Positions 20,785 through 29,222 of a DNA stretch of 64,000 bases are shown here, one piece after another. The DNA is taken from the NCBI GenBank assembly GCA_049521795.1, contig JBEKOM010000001.1, forward strand, positions 64,001 through 128,000, in the 5' to 3' direction. The notes under the pieces were generated by a model. It was not told the DNA's origin. It was given only the letters and a program-made list of their open reading frames with translations, and searched no databases. Positions within the stretch are counted from its first letter, which is position 1; each line of letters opens with the position of its first letter. The DNA is from Candidatus Bathyarchaeia archaeon. GTDB taxonomy: Archaea > Thermoproteota > Bathyarchaeia > Bathyarchaeales > Bathycorpusculaceae. A program made the position numbers and the translations under genes.

Positions 20785-21222
20785 CCTCGATCATCAGTCC
20801 CCTGTACGGTCGTTCGATATGTCGGTTTCTTGAATATGAGTGTCCGGAACCTATTTCAAGCGTAGAAATCCTGCTTTTACGCTGAGATGAGAATGTGTTC
20901 TTGACCAGAAATGTTCCAGGGAATATTCTTTGACGCTACCGAGACATTGATACTTCTGTTTCTGTCCCAATTGTCACTGATCGTAATCGCAGGCGCGATC
21001 TGGGCGAGGATAAGACAGTGAGGCTTTTCAGAAATCGAGGGAAGGCTGTGAGAAAGTGGCGCATGAGAGCGCTCTTTGTTGATCTTCACAAGACGAGGAT
21101 AACGATTTGGACGCCTCCGGGAAAGCATTTGCCTCCTTGGATTTTCAAACGGTCGACACCTTGCGAGAAAGCGAGTAATCATTCATGATCTGTGAGAGTG
21201 CGAGGTCTCTTTATTGAATATC

Positions 21223-21765
21223 CTAGGCTTTGTCGTTTTTGCTTAGGTCTTTGAGCCTGTTGATTCCGTCTATTTCTCTTATAAAAGCTGCCACGCTTTT
21301 GGGCACGAGTTTTTCCCAGTTTTCGTCCTTGACCATTCTCTTTCTGATTTCGGTCGAAGAGTATAGTTTCCTGTCAAAGAAACGAATGGGCTTCACTTTG
21401 TATTCAGCCTCCGTGAAGAGACGACGCGTCAACGGTTCGTTCGAGTAGACAACGTCAAAGCGAGGAGTATAGCCCTCTAAGGAAGACACCCACATCATGT
21501 GCAAGTGCACATCTGGAACGGGCACGATCCAAACTCGTTCATAATCTACTTTGCATTCTTCCAACGCTTCGCGAACCATAACCAGCCTTTCTCCTGCGGT
21601 GAACGGGTTGCTAAGGTTGTGGCTGTACTGCGCGCTGCCGATCACGATTACGAGTTCGTCAACCTCTTTCAGAACTTCCTTTATTGCGCTGAGGTGCCCC
21701 AGATGAAAAGGTTGAAACCTTCCTACGTAAAGGCCCCGTTTGCCCATTCGGATCGTCTCTTGCAA
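21223..21765 (-). CDS. nadM: nicotinamide-nucleotide adenylyltransferase
   Basis: GRFQPFHLGH, NPFTAGER and SSTEIR motifs. Confidence 0.93.
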   Translation of the reverse strand: MQETIRMGKRGLYVGRFQPFHLGHLSAIKEVLKEVDELVIVIGSAQYSHNLSNPFTAGERLVMVREALEECKVDYERVWIVPVPDVHLHMMWVSSLEGYTPRFDVVYSNEPLTRRLFTEAEYKVKPIRFFDRKLYSSTEIRKRMVKDENWEKLVPKSVAAFIREIDGINRLKDLSKNDKA

Positions 21766-21793
21766 CCTGTTATCTGTCGAAGAGAATTAACAT

Positions 21794-22381
21794 TTATCCC
21801 TGCTCTGCTTTCCTGATCGCAAGCTCGACTGGAAACACTCGCAATTTCTTGCCGTTCACCGGAATTATGCGTTCAGCAGGGTATCCACGCCTTTCACGCT
21901 TCAGAAAAGCAAGCTTGACGTCCAAGCCGCCTCCGTACCCACCCAGTGTCAAGTCCGCCCTTACAACTCGATGGCACGGGCAGACCGGTGCAAAAGGGTT
22001 TGAAGCCATGACCTGCCCAACAGCTCTCGGCCCTCCTCCGACGGTTTTGGCAACTTCACCGTACGTGGTCACGTAGCCCGGCGGTACCTTGCAAACGGTT
22101 TCGATTACTTTCTTAGTGTACTTTGGCAGATGCTCCTCGGCCAGGGAGAACGTTTGAGACACGTCTTTCCCATCGTAAATCTCCTTCAACGCTTCGATTA
22201 CAGAATGCGCAAACTCTGTTCTCTCTGGATTTTCCGCAGAACCATGAAAGCGGACACCCTCCCTCAATTCTCGTAGAGCATTGTTCTGAGTGAAGGCAAA
22301 AGTTGTCGCGTAGACAGATTCTTCTTCAAACGCGACTCCAAACCAGACATCTCCCACTTTCTCAGTGTAAACACTTATCAT
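21794..22381 (-). CDS. ogt: methylated-DNA--protein-cysteine methyltransferase
   Basis: TTYGEVA, RAVG, PCHRVV and GGYGGG motifs; start placed at ATG 22381. Confidence 0.9.
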   Translation of the reverse strand: MISVYTEKVGDVWFGVAFEEESVYATTFAFTQNNALRELREGVRFHGSAENPERTEFAHSVIEALKEIYDGKDVSQTFSLAEEHLPKYTKKVIETVCKVPPGYVTTYGEVAKTVGGGPRAVGQVMASNPFAPVCPCHRVVRADLTLGGYGGGLDVKLAFLKRERRGYPAERIIPVNGKKLRVFPVELAIRKAEQG

Positions 22382-22492
22382 GCTTGCTTCCTCTCGTAGA
22401 ACTATCGCCGCATCTAGTCTTATTTCTTGCTCCTCTAATTCAATCTTGCACGCACACGCTTCATTGAGAAAACCGCAAACACACTTGCCGAA

Positions 22493-23035
22493 GTGCGCGC
22501 GTTGAACGAAAAAGACTTGAACAACCATGAGAACCTGCGATGGGCATGGAATGTGATCGACAACGAAAGTCGATTTTGGCTTGCCTCTCAGATAACGGAG
22601 AAAAGGGAAATTGCAGACGCAAGACAGGTTCTGGCTCAAGCCTCAGGCCTTTCAAAAACGAGACCGATGGCAACAGTGACAGACGGACTGAGAGCCTATC
22701 AAGAGGCGATACCTAAGGAGATTTTCCCTTTGAAGGGGCCGAGGACTCAGCATGTTAATATTCCGAATATTAGAGATCGTTCCAACAACAACATGGTTGA
22801 AAGATTGCACGGAACGATTAGGCAGAGAAACAAGGTTATGCGAGGACTCGATGATCAAGAGACAGCACAGACAATGATGGATGGACTCAGAATTTACTAC
22901 AATTTCATAAGGCCGCACACTGCCCTAAACGGAAAAACGCCCGCACAAAAAGCAAATATTGAAACTGACAAGGCAGAATGGATGTCTCTAATTAAGAAGT
23001 CAAGTCAACATCAGAGGTTTGAGACAAGTTCTTAA
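22493..23035 (+). pseudogene. IS6-like DDE transposase, C-terminal half only
   Basis: Has WNVID..RFWLAS, VTDGL, NNMVERLHG and YNFIRPH..L.GKTPA. Lacks the first catalytic Asp (W..DE) and the N-terminal Zn domains. Confidence 0.85.
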
Positions 23036-24304
23036 GGCGTGGTAGGACTCTTATTCAAACATGGCAGGAATTGATGTTAATGTTTTGCTGAATACAATAC
23101 TTGGTGGAATCATAACGATCTCGGGAAGTCTTGCAGTTGCTGGATTGTACATAAGAAACCAAAATAAAAATCAAAGAAAAAGACGTCTGCAGGAGTTGAT
23201 TCAACAAACGTACTTCGAGCAGGGTATTCTCCCAGTCCTAGCAGCATTGTCAGAATATGGAACGAATACCGTATTTGCTTTAGCTGACACGAGAATATGG
23301 CTGGTAAGATGCTTCAGACTTGGAGAAGGTACTGAAGTTCTAAAAACACGATTGGAAGAGATTGCAAAACGTCCCGTGATAGTGGATTTAACTAGCCACA
23401 ATTTCACTAATGTTTTGAAGTGGCTTCCTACCCTTCAAAAATTCGGAATGCCATTGTATAGTTCAATCAAGAGAACTCTTCAATTCTACAGTAGCCTTGT
23501 AAGTGATGCAACTTCGTTTAGCTTATTGGAGAAAACCATTAAAAACTCTTCAGTTGAGGAGGTTGCTCGAAGTATGGGTGCAGTTGCCCAAATAATTGAT
23601 TTTACGCTAATGTATCTTGAAAAAAGATTTACAAACCTCAGAGACTATTTCTGGCAGCAGGAATTGGAGAATTACCACGATTTCTCGCAAGTGTTTTCAG
23701 ACACAAAATATCGTAACTTTCTATCAGTTATGGATCAGTATATGAAGCGGTTGACCCAATTGATGAATGCCATGCAATCAGAGAAGCCAGAGGACCGACC
23801 AAGAGAAACTCTTTCATTCAGCAAATGGCTAGGGGATAACTTGGACAATAACCCCCTTGAAAATAACGCCAAAACAGAAGAAGTACAGAAAATTGAAACA
23901 AAAAAGCCTAGTTAGATTTGCTTAACTTGGCAATCTTGCCTTTTGATAGAAACATCAATCATTAGAAAAATTCTATCTCAAGCAAAAAGTCTCCATAATA
24001 ATATTATGGAGCAAACAATACAGATTATTCCAGAGCTTATAGCGACTTTGATAAGCTCTTTGTCTGGTTCTCTTTGCCACCATTCTTTTATTTTGAGAAT
24101 AAACAAATCAATTCTAACCTTTGACGAATGAATCACCCTCTCATGCTCCAGTTTTTGAGAGAAAAGTTCATGCCTCGGAGAACCTGAATCATTGTTCTAT
24201 GTGGGTTTCCTGACAGATGGTTCATTCGACGAAGACTATATAGAACGATGGAAAAGCCCCGACAGTTAACAAACTTCTTTAAGCCCCGAAGAGTTAACAG
24301 AACC
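22500..24304. mobile_element. Element 0: left-truncated IS6-like cargo transposon remnant (right end preserved; left boundary approximate)
   Basis: 5'-truncated transposase. Right end ...CCCCGAAGAGTTAACAGAACC ends at 24304 and is followed by CTTTATCA. No left end was found. Confidence 0.75.
23061..23915 (+). CDS. hypothetical cargo protein with N-terminal TM helix
   Basis: 284-aa AT-rich ORF. Confidence 0.75.
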   Translation: MAGIDVNVLLNTILGGIITISGSLAVAGLYIRNQNKNQRKRRLQELIQQTYFEQGILPVLAALSEYGTNTVFALADTRIWLVRCFRLGEGTEVLKTRLEEIAKRPVIVDLTSHNFTNVLKWLPTLQKFGMPLYSSIKRTLQFYSSLVSDATSFSLLEKTIKNSSVEEVARSMGAVAQIIDFTLMYLEKRFTNLRDYFWQQELENYHDFSQVFSDTKYRNFLSVMDQYMKRLTQLMNAMQSEKPEDRPRETLSFSKWLGDNLDNNPLENNAKTEEVQKIETKKPS

Positions 24305-24312
24305 CTTTATCA
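24305..24312 (+). repeat. 8-bp target duplication CTTTATCA, copy 1
   Basis: CAGAACC|CTTTATCA|GGTTCTG junction. Confidence 0.9.
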
Positions 24313-24378
24313 GGTTCTGTAAACTTATCGGTTGGTGGTTCTGTGATAATGTAACCTTGCCTGTCATGGCATTAATGG

Positions 24379-24876
24379 CTACTGAGACTCTGTAATGTGA
24401 ATATCGTTTTGGATGTTGATCGCGACATTTAATCTAAGAGTCAGCGTTTTGAACCCAAGCTTTTGAGCGATCTGGAAAGAAGCTTTTTGATATTTCTTCG
24501 GTTCTGATTGATTGACCTTGACCTCAATAAAGAAGAGGTCACCATCTTTCTTTACGACAAAATCTGGAGCGATGCCGACACGACTATAATGACTTGCTAG
24601 CCTCGTTTCAGCCTCTTCCCTTGCCAACTTCCTTATAGCCTCAATGTATGCTTCCATATCTTCAAGTTTTCCACCAAAAAAGTCGCTAAAGAACTTGTCA
24701 AATTTTTCTGACTTTTTGCGATGCATATAGAAATCGAGTTTGAACATTATATCTCGGAACAAATGGACTTCATAGCCGTTTTGCTTCAAGTATTCTCTCG
24801 CTACTTTTTCCCCAATAGAACCGAACTCATTACTGACATTGACTTTCCATGTGCCGTCATTTGCACCTTTTGTCAT
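24379..24876 (-). CDS. PD-(D/E)XK nuclease (YraN/VRR-NUC-like)
   Basis: GEKVAREYL...GY and APDFVV...FIEVK motifs. Confidence 0.8.
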   Translation of the reverse strand: MTKGANDGTWKVNVSNEFGSIGEKVAREYLKQNGYEVHLFRDIMFKLDFYMHRKKSEKFDKFFSDFFGGKLEDMEAYIEAIRKLAREEAETRLASHYSRVGIAPDFVVKKDGDLFFIEVKVNQSEPKKYQKASFQIAQKLGFKTLTLRLNVAINIQNDIHITESQ

Positions 24877-25010
24877 GCCAACTACCTCAATAACAGTCTC
24901 CCAGTTGGGAGTATTAATCTGATCTGAAACTCGATACTGTAAACTTACCTGTCATGGGTTCTTGGGTTGAAATTTCTGGCATCGATTTTATTGGTACAAT
25001 GAGTGCGCGC

Positions 25011-25259
25011 TCATGATGTTATGCGAAAATAAGAATGATCGTATTCTGGAACGAAATCTGGTTTTCCCTTTTTGAGTTCATTCCAGACTTCTTTGAATGT
25101 TTCTTCTTTAGATTTTCCACTTTTTGCGATATGGCTCTTTCTTACTTCAGAATACACTAGCCGAAAGTGATTTTGAAGAGAACCCTTTACTCCTCTAGGA
25201 ATACGTGCCAAATCCTCTTTTACTTGTTGATTGAGAGTTTCTAGGCTTACCTTGACCAT
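25011..25259 (-). CDS. hypothetical protein
   Basis: 82-aa ORF with ATG start and GGAG upstream. Confidence 0.65.
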   Translation of the reverse strand: MVKVSLETLNQQVKEDLARIPRGVKGSLQNHFRLVYSEVRKSHIAKSGKSKEETFKEVWNELKKGKPDFVPEYDHSYFRITS

Positions 25260-25373
25260 GAGACGACATCTCCACTATAACAATCTTCATTTTCTTGATT
25301 AATACATATTTCCAACATTTTTTTGTTCAAATGAGCCCTAAGCACAAATCCGATTTTTCTTCTGTGAACCATT

Positions 25374-25583
25374 TTGAGTTATCGAAAACGACATGACGCT
25401 AAGAAATGGCTTGTCGTAAGAAGGAAAGGACACAGTATTATCCGAGTTGTCGCTGGAGAACGATATAGAACTAAAAAAAGAGCTCTGAAAGAGGCTAGGG
25501 ATTATAACAAAGCGTACAAGGGTTCCGATGTCAAGTTCATGGTCAGAAAAGAAGGGTGGAGAAGAAAGCGGTGGTGGTCATAA
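25374..25583 (+). CDS. small Arg/Lys/Trp-rich protein (paralog at 33944-34153)
   Basis: 69 aa; a same-length paralog with many synonymous differences lies in Element 2. Confidence 0.75.
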   Translation: MSYRKRHDAKKWLVVRRKGHSIIRVVAGERYRTKKRALKEARDYNKAYKGSDVKFMVRKEGWRRKRWWS

Positions 25584-25623
25584 TCAGGGTTCGACCCTTG
25601 TAAACTGGCATAAGATCACTTCT

Positions 25624-25689
25624 TAAAACGGGCCCTAACGCAACTTGGGAAAAAAGGGCCCTGATACAGCCTTCCTAAAACGGGCCCTA
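25624..25689 (+). repeat. three 14-bp direct repeats (T/A)AAAA(C/A)GGGCCCT(A/G) with 26-bp period
   Basis: Copies start at 25624, 25650 and 25676, separated by different 12-nt spacers. Confidence 0.8.
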
Positions 25690-25784
25690 TCTGATGCCTA
25701 ATAGAAAAATCCTAGCGGGCTTTGATAGGGTTGAAGCAAATGTTAAATTCTGAAGAGCATGAAACAAAAAATAAGGCTGAGGAA

Positions 25785-25919
25785 ATGCCACCAAAGAGAA
25801 CAAGTCAGAAGAAACCCAGAAAAAGAAGAGCTAGAAAAAAATCTAGCAAAGGCGGTTTCTGGGATGAAGTTGAAAAATTCCTTGGAATTAAGCAGACAAG
25901 GAAGAAGAGAGCAAGATGA
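25785..25919 (+). CDS. small basic protein upstream of PIN gene (possible antitoxin)
   Basis: MPPKRTSQKK...; its stop overlaps the PIN start (ATGA). Confidence 0.5.
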   Translation: MPPKRTSQKKPRKRRARKKSSKGGFWDEVEKFLGIKQTRKKRAR

Positions 25920-26464
25920 GAGTTTACTTGGATTCATGTATTCTCTTGGACTTTCTCCTAGATCGTAATGATGCATCGAGTCGTTTTATTGAGCATTTTG
26001 CGAAAGAACATGGGATAACTCTTATTCTGAGTAAATGGACACTAATCGAAACGCTCGGAGGCATGAAAGACAGATTTATGCTTCTGAAACTGATTTTTGA
26101 AGAGAACTTGGCTCCTGAAGAGGTACTGAGAAGGAGAAGAGAAATCGAGCCTAAGAAACATGAATTAAAAGGGCTACTCGATCAACTAAAGAGATTTGTC
26201 GAATATGATGTCAAAGGCATTGCTGAAGTTTTCGATGAACCAAACGCGACTTGGCATACGATTTTAGAGAGCTTGGAGACGCTCAAGGATACGGGACTTG
26301 ATGCTGGAGACGCTCTGCATCTCCATAATGCATTGAAAGCAAAATGCGATGTTTTCCTAACGCGAGATAGCCCTGCGACTAGAAGGGTAAAGAAATCCAA
26401 GCTAATGAAGATTCAAACTCCAGAAAATCTTATGAAAGACAGGAAAACTCACTCTTCAAATTAG
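25916..26464 (+). CDS. PIN-domain (VapC-like) nuclease
   Basis: VYLDSCIL, TLIE, DAGDALH and FLTRD motifs. Confidence 0.85.
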   Translation: MRVYLDSCILLDFLLDRNDASSRFIEHFAKEHGITLILSKWTLIETLGGMKDRFMLLKLIFEENLAPEEVLRRRREIEPKKHELKGLLDQLKRFVEYDVKGIAEVFDEPNATWHTILESLETLKDTGLDAGDALHLHNALKAKCDVFLTRDSPATRRVKKSKLMKIQTPENLMKDRKTHSSN

Positions 26465-27606
26465 CATTTTTTGCTCGCATTTTGTATTAGAGTTAGCCAC
26501 TTGTTCTTTCCTAGTTTCAGGTCTATGTTGGCTTGTTGTGCTGGAGTTTTTCCGTTTAGGGCTTGATGTGGTCTTATGACGTTGTAGTATGTTCTGTACG
26601 TTTCTGTCATTGTTTTTGCTGTGCGTTCTGTCTTTAAACCTCTCATAACCTTGTCTCGTTCTCTGATCGTGCCATGCAATCTTTCTATGATATTGTTGTT
26701 GGCTCTGCTTCTTATTCCAGCGTTTGCCATATGTTTTGTTCTCGGATTCTTCAGAGTCCAAAACTCCTTCTTGAAAGCTTCAGCGTACGAGCGTAAGCCA
26801 TCCGTGATTATGACCTCTGGATTATGTCCAACCTTTTCCTTAGCTTTTGCGAAAACTTGTCTTGCATCTGAAGCTTCCCTGCCTTCAGAAACATGAGACG
26901 CAAGTAAGTATCTGGTCGAATTGTCCATACAATTCCATAACCAGAGCCATTTTCCACCACAGCGGATTTTCATTTCATCCGTGTTCCAGACTTTTGATAG
27001 CTCTGGTTCAAGCTGGTCAACGTAGGCGTTGATGATTCGTCCATACTTCTGCAACCACTTGAAAACTCCCATCTGACTAATGTCTAAACCATAAAACTGC
27101 TTGATATGGTCAACGATCTTTCTGAGGCTTATGCCCTTGAAATAGAGGTCTAAAGCTAACGAAACAATTTTGGGATCGAACCGCATCCTAGCGAACCCTT
27201 CATCAACAACGAAGCTTTGACCGCAATCCTTGCACTTGAACCTCGGAGTTTTCACGTTTCTGTTCTTGCGGTAACCCCATTTGATAATGTTGACTGACCC
27301 ACAGAATTTGCAAGTGGAAGCCTCTGAAAATTCTCGGTAAAGCTGGAAAACATCAGCATTGTCAATTTTCTCTTTAAGGCTTATCCAGAAGCGAACAGCA
27401 AAAATGTGTTTGCAAACAACCTTTCGGTATTCGTGATCTGGGCAAGTGCAATCCCATTCTTTTCCGTTAGTTACAACATATTGACCGTTCCCAGATTGAC
27501 TTTTCACCTTGAATATGTGAGATTCTTTTTGCTCTATCTGCTCGTTTTGGGCTATTATTGCGAAGCCTCGAACCATTCTTCCGTTTGTCAGGTTTTGAGT
27601 TGTCAT
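26461..27606 (-). CDS. IS6-like DDE transposase with N-terminal SWIM finger and Zn ribbon
   Basis: CTCPD...CKH SWIM; CKFC/CKDC ribbon; catalytic triad WNTDE, ITDG, NNIIERLHG. Confidence 0.92.
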   Translation of the reverse strand: MTTQNLTNGRMVRGFAIIAQNEQIEQKESHIFKVKSQSGNGQYVVTNGKEWDCTCPDHEYRKVVCKHIFAVRFWISLKEKIDNADVFQLYREFSEASTCKFCGSVNIIKWGYRKNRNVKTPRFKCKDCGQSFVVDEGFARMRFDPKIVSLALDLYFKGISLRKIVDHIKQFYGLDISQMGVFKWLQKYGRIINAYVDQLEPELSKVWNTDEMKIRCGGKWLWLWNCMDNSTRYLLASHVSEGREASDARQVFAKAKEKVGHNPEVIITDGLRSYAEAFKKEFWTLKNPRTKHMANAGIRSRANNNIIERLHGTIRERDKVMRGLKTERTAKTMTETYRTYYNVIRPHQALNGKTPAQQANIDLKLGKNKWLTLIQNASKKC

Positions 27607-27692
27607 GTTGTTACACCTATTGGTATCTAATGGTATAATAGCAAATCTTAAATATAAAGGTTGCTAATGGTATCTATAGGTAGTGATTCAGA

Positions 27693-27830
27693 ATGCCTAT
27701 GAAGAAAATAATGGTATCAATGACGCAAGAAATGGTAGATGCCCTAGAAAAAGAGAGAAAAAAACGAAAACTAGCTAGTGTCCCTGAGGTGGTCAGACAA
27801 ATATTGGGAGAATACGTTTCTAGTGACTGA
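27693..27830 (+). CDS. ribbon-helix-helix (CopG-like) regulator, not in the ORF track
   Basis: MPMKKIMVSMTQEMVDALEKERKKRKLASVPEVVRQILGEYVSSD; divergent from the transposase. Confidence 0.75.
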   Translation: MPMKKIMVSMTQEMVDALEKERKKRKLASVPEVVRQILGEYVSSD

Positions 27831-28369
27831 AGTAAATGCTGGTCTTTCATGTCTAAGATCAAGCAAGAGATGCCACACTTTTCTATCAGAGAAGTTTCTG
27901 CCAACGAATCGGAAAAGCAATTCGTGCTTGCGACCCTTCTCTAGTGAGAGTGTCGGCATCCCAAACACTTGTTCATCCTGAACAAGCTGGAAAAGGGCAT
28001 GTTTGTCTTTTGTTATTGTACACAATCTTACTGAGATTGTTTGATCAGGATCAAGGTCAAAAGGCGCAAGTTTTTCTGGAAAATTAAGGTCTAAAGTGCC
28101 ATACTCGCGCAAAAGCTTAGGCGGTTTCGGTCTCATGGGCAATTTTTGTTTTACTTTAAATTTGACCCTAACACCAATAGCTGTTCGTTTTCCAGCATTG
28201 TGAAGGTAGAAAGAGCAATCATTTGTTCCTACATGGCAATCTTCGATTCTAAGTTTCGGCTTGTTGATAAAAAACGGTAAAGCTCTATAACCGCTGAAAT
28301 TGCCGAAAACGTGAACAGGACTATCAGAATCGCATCCGTCCAACTCGTTATAATCGGAATCGCTGACAT
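27771..28369 (-). pseudogene. frameshifted membrane-anchored hypothetical cargo gene
   Basis: ATG 28369 gives the TM segment MSAIPIITSWTDAILIVLFTFSAISAVIELYR. One extra T in the T6 run (28269-28274) would join it to FFINKPKLRIEDC... Confidence 0.6.
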
Positions 28370-28459
28370 GAGAAAACGGTTTATGGCTATTGCAATATAA
28401 GGTTATTCTCTGAAGGTCAATTCCCAAAAAAAAGAACCAACCGATAAGTTTACAGAACC

Positions 28460-28467
28460 CTTTATCA
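28460..28467 (+). repeat. 8-bp target duplication CTTTATCA, copy 2
   Basis: CAGAACC|CTTTATCA|GGTTCTG junction. Confidence 0.9.
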
Positions 28468-28802
28468 GGTTCTGGTAACTTCATGGGCGACAGAGAACCC
28501 TGTTAAATTTCGGGTGATGATTTCCCTTTTCGAGAAAAGGGTGTTAACAGTCGGGTGATAGACCCTTCAAGTGGGAAGGTGAGGGAAAGGGCAATAGGGA
28601 AGGAAAAATCTTTGCCTCTTCCCTCTCCTTGTACTGTTTCTTCTCCCTTCTCCTTCCCTCAAAACTTAGTTGAATAATCAAATATGGCTTATGGAGGATA
28701 GTTCTAGAGGAATCTTCTATTCAAATTCATCAAAAACAATTCTGTTTGATTAAGGGACCTGTACTAGAAAGAAAAAGATAATTGGTTTGTGGGGATGTAG
28801 GC

Positions 28803-29129
28803 TTACTTCTTTTTCATTGCTGCGATTTTAGCTTTTAGAACTGCTCTTATGGTTTCCTTGGCTTTCTCGTATGATATTATCTCATGCACGTCAGAGACAA
28901 CGTAAGGAGAGAATATGAGTACACGCTTGTAGGAATCTGCAGTTTCCCCTTTGCCGATTACGTATCCAGAGTATCCATCGTGGAAAGCCCCCCACTCTTC
29001 AATCTCTCCCTTCTTAATCATTCCATCCATGCTTGCAAACATCATTTCGTAGAGTTCTAAGAGCTTAGAAGGGTCTGTAGGCCATGGTGCTGACGGATTG
29101 AAGTGCCAAAAGTTTAGAAATCTAGCCAT
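28803..29129 (-). CDS. hypothetical protein (DUF3303/dimeric alpha-beta barrel-like)
   Basis: 108 aa, GGAGG SD, GEIEEWGAF..GYSGY pattern. Confidence 0.6.
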   Translation of the reverse strand: MARFLNFWHFNPSAPWPTDPSKLLELYEMMFASMDGMIKKGEIEEWGAFHDGYSGYVIGKGETADSYKRVLIFSPYVVSDVHEIISYEKAKETIRAVLKAKIAAMKKK

Positions 29130-29222
29130 TCAAGCCACCTCCCGTTATAGTTGTGTTTTGGGATGTTTGTTATAACTTCTATTTAAAATCATGGAAGAAT
29201 GGCAGAAAATGAGGAAAACAAC

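Larger units (their letters stand above)
24313..28459. mobile_element. Element 1: 4147-bp IS6-like cargo transposon
   Basis: Perfect 24-bp TIR GGTTCTGTAAACTTATCGGTTGGT (24313-24336 and 28436-28459), flanked by CTTTATCA on both sides, with an intact internal transposase. Confidence 0.92.

Noticed and set aside
20785-21222. ORF 20877-21182 and short plus-strand peptides in this spacer
   Set aside because: No recognisable motifs; cannot be supported from sequence alone.
22382-22639. N-terminal extension of the 281-aa ogt ORF call
   Set aside because: It runs antisense into the transposase remnant; the real start is probably ATG 22381.
25624-25689. CRISPR array
   Set aside because: 14-bp repeats and 12-nt spacers are too short, and there are no cas genes in the window.
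24298-28474. CAGAACC-CTTTATCA-GGTTCTG read as tyrosine-recombinase or integron-like palindromic sites
   Set aside because: The arms pair across elements as distinct TIR sets, the third copy has only one arm, and no tyrosine or serine recombinase is present. TIRs plus an 8-bp target duplication explain it better.
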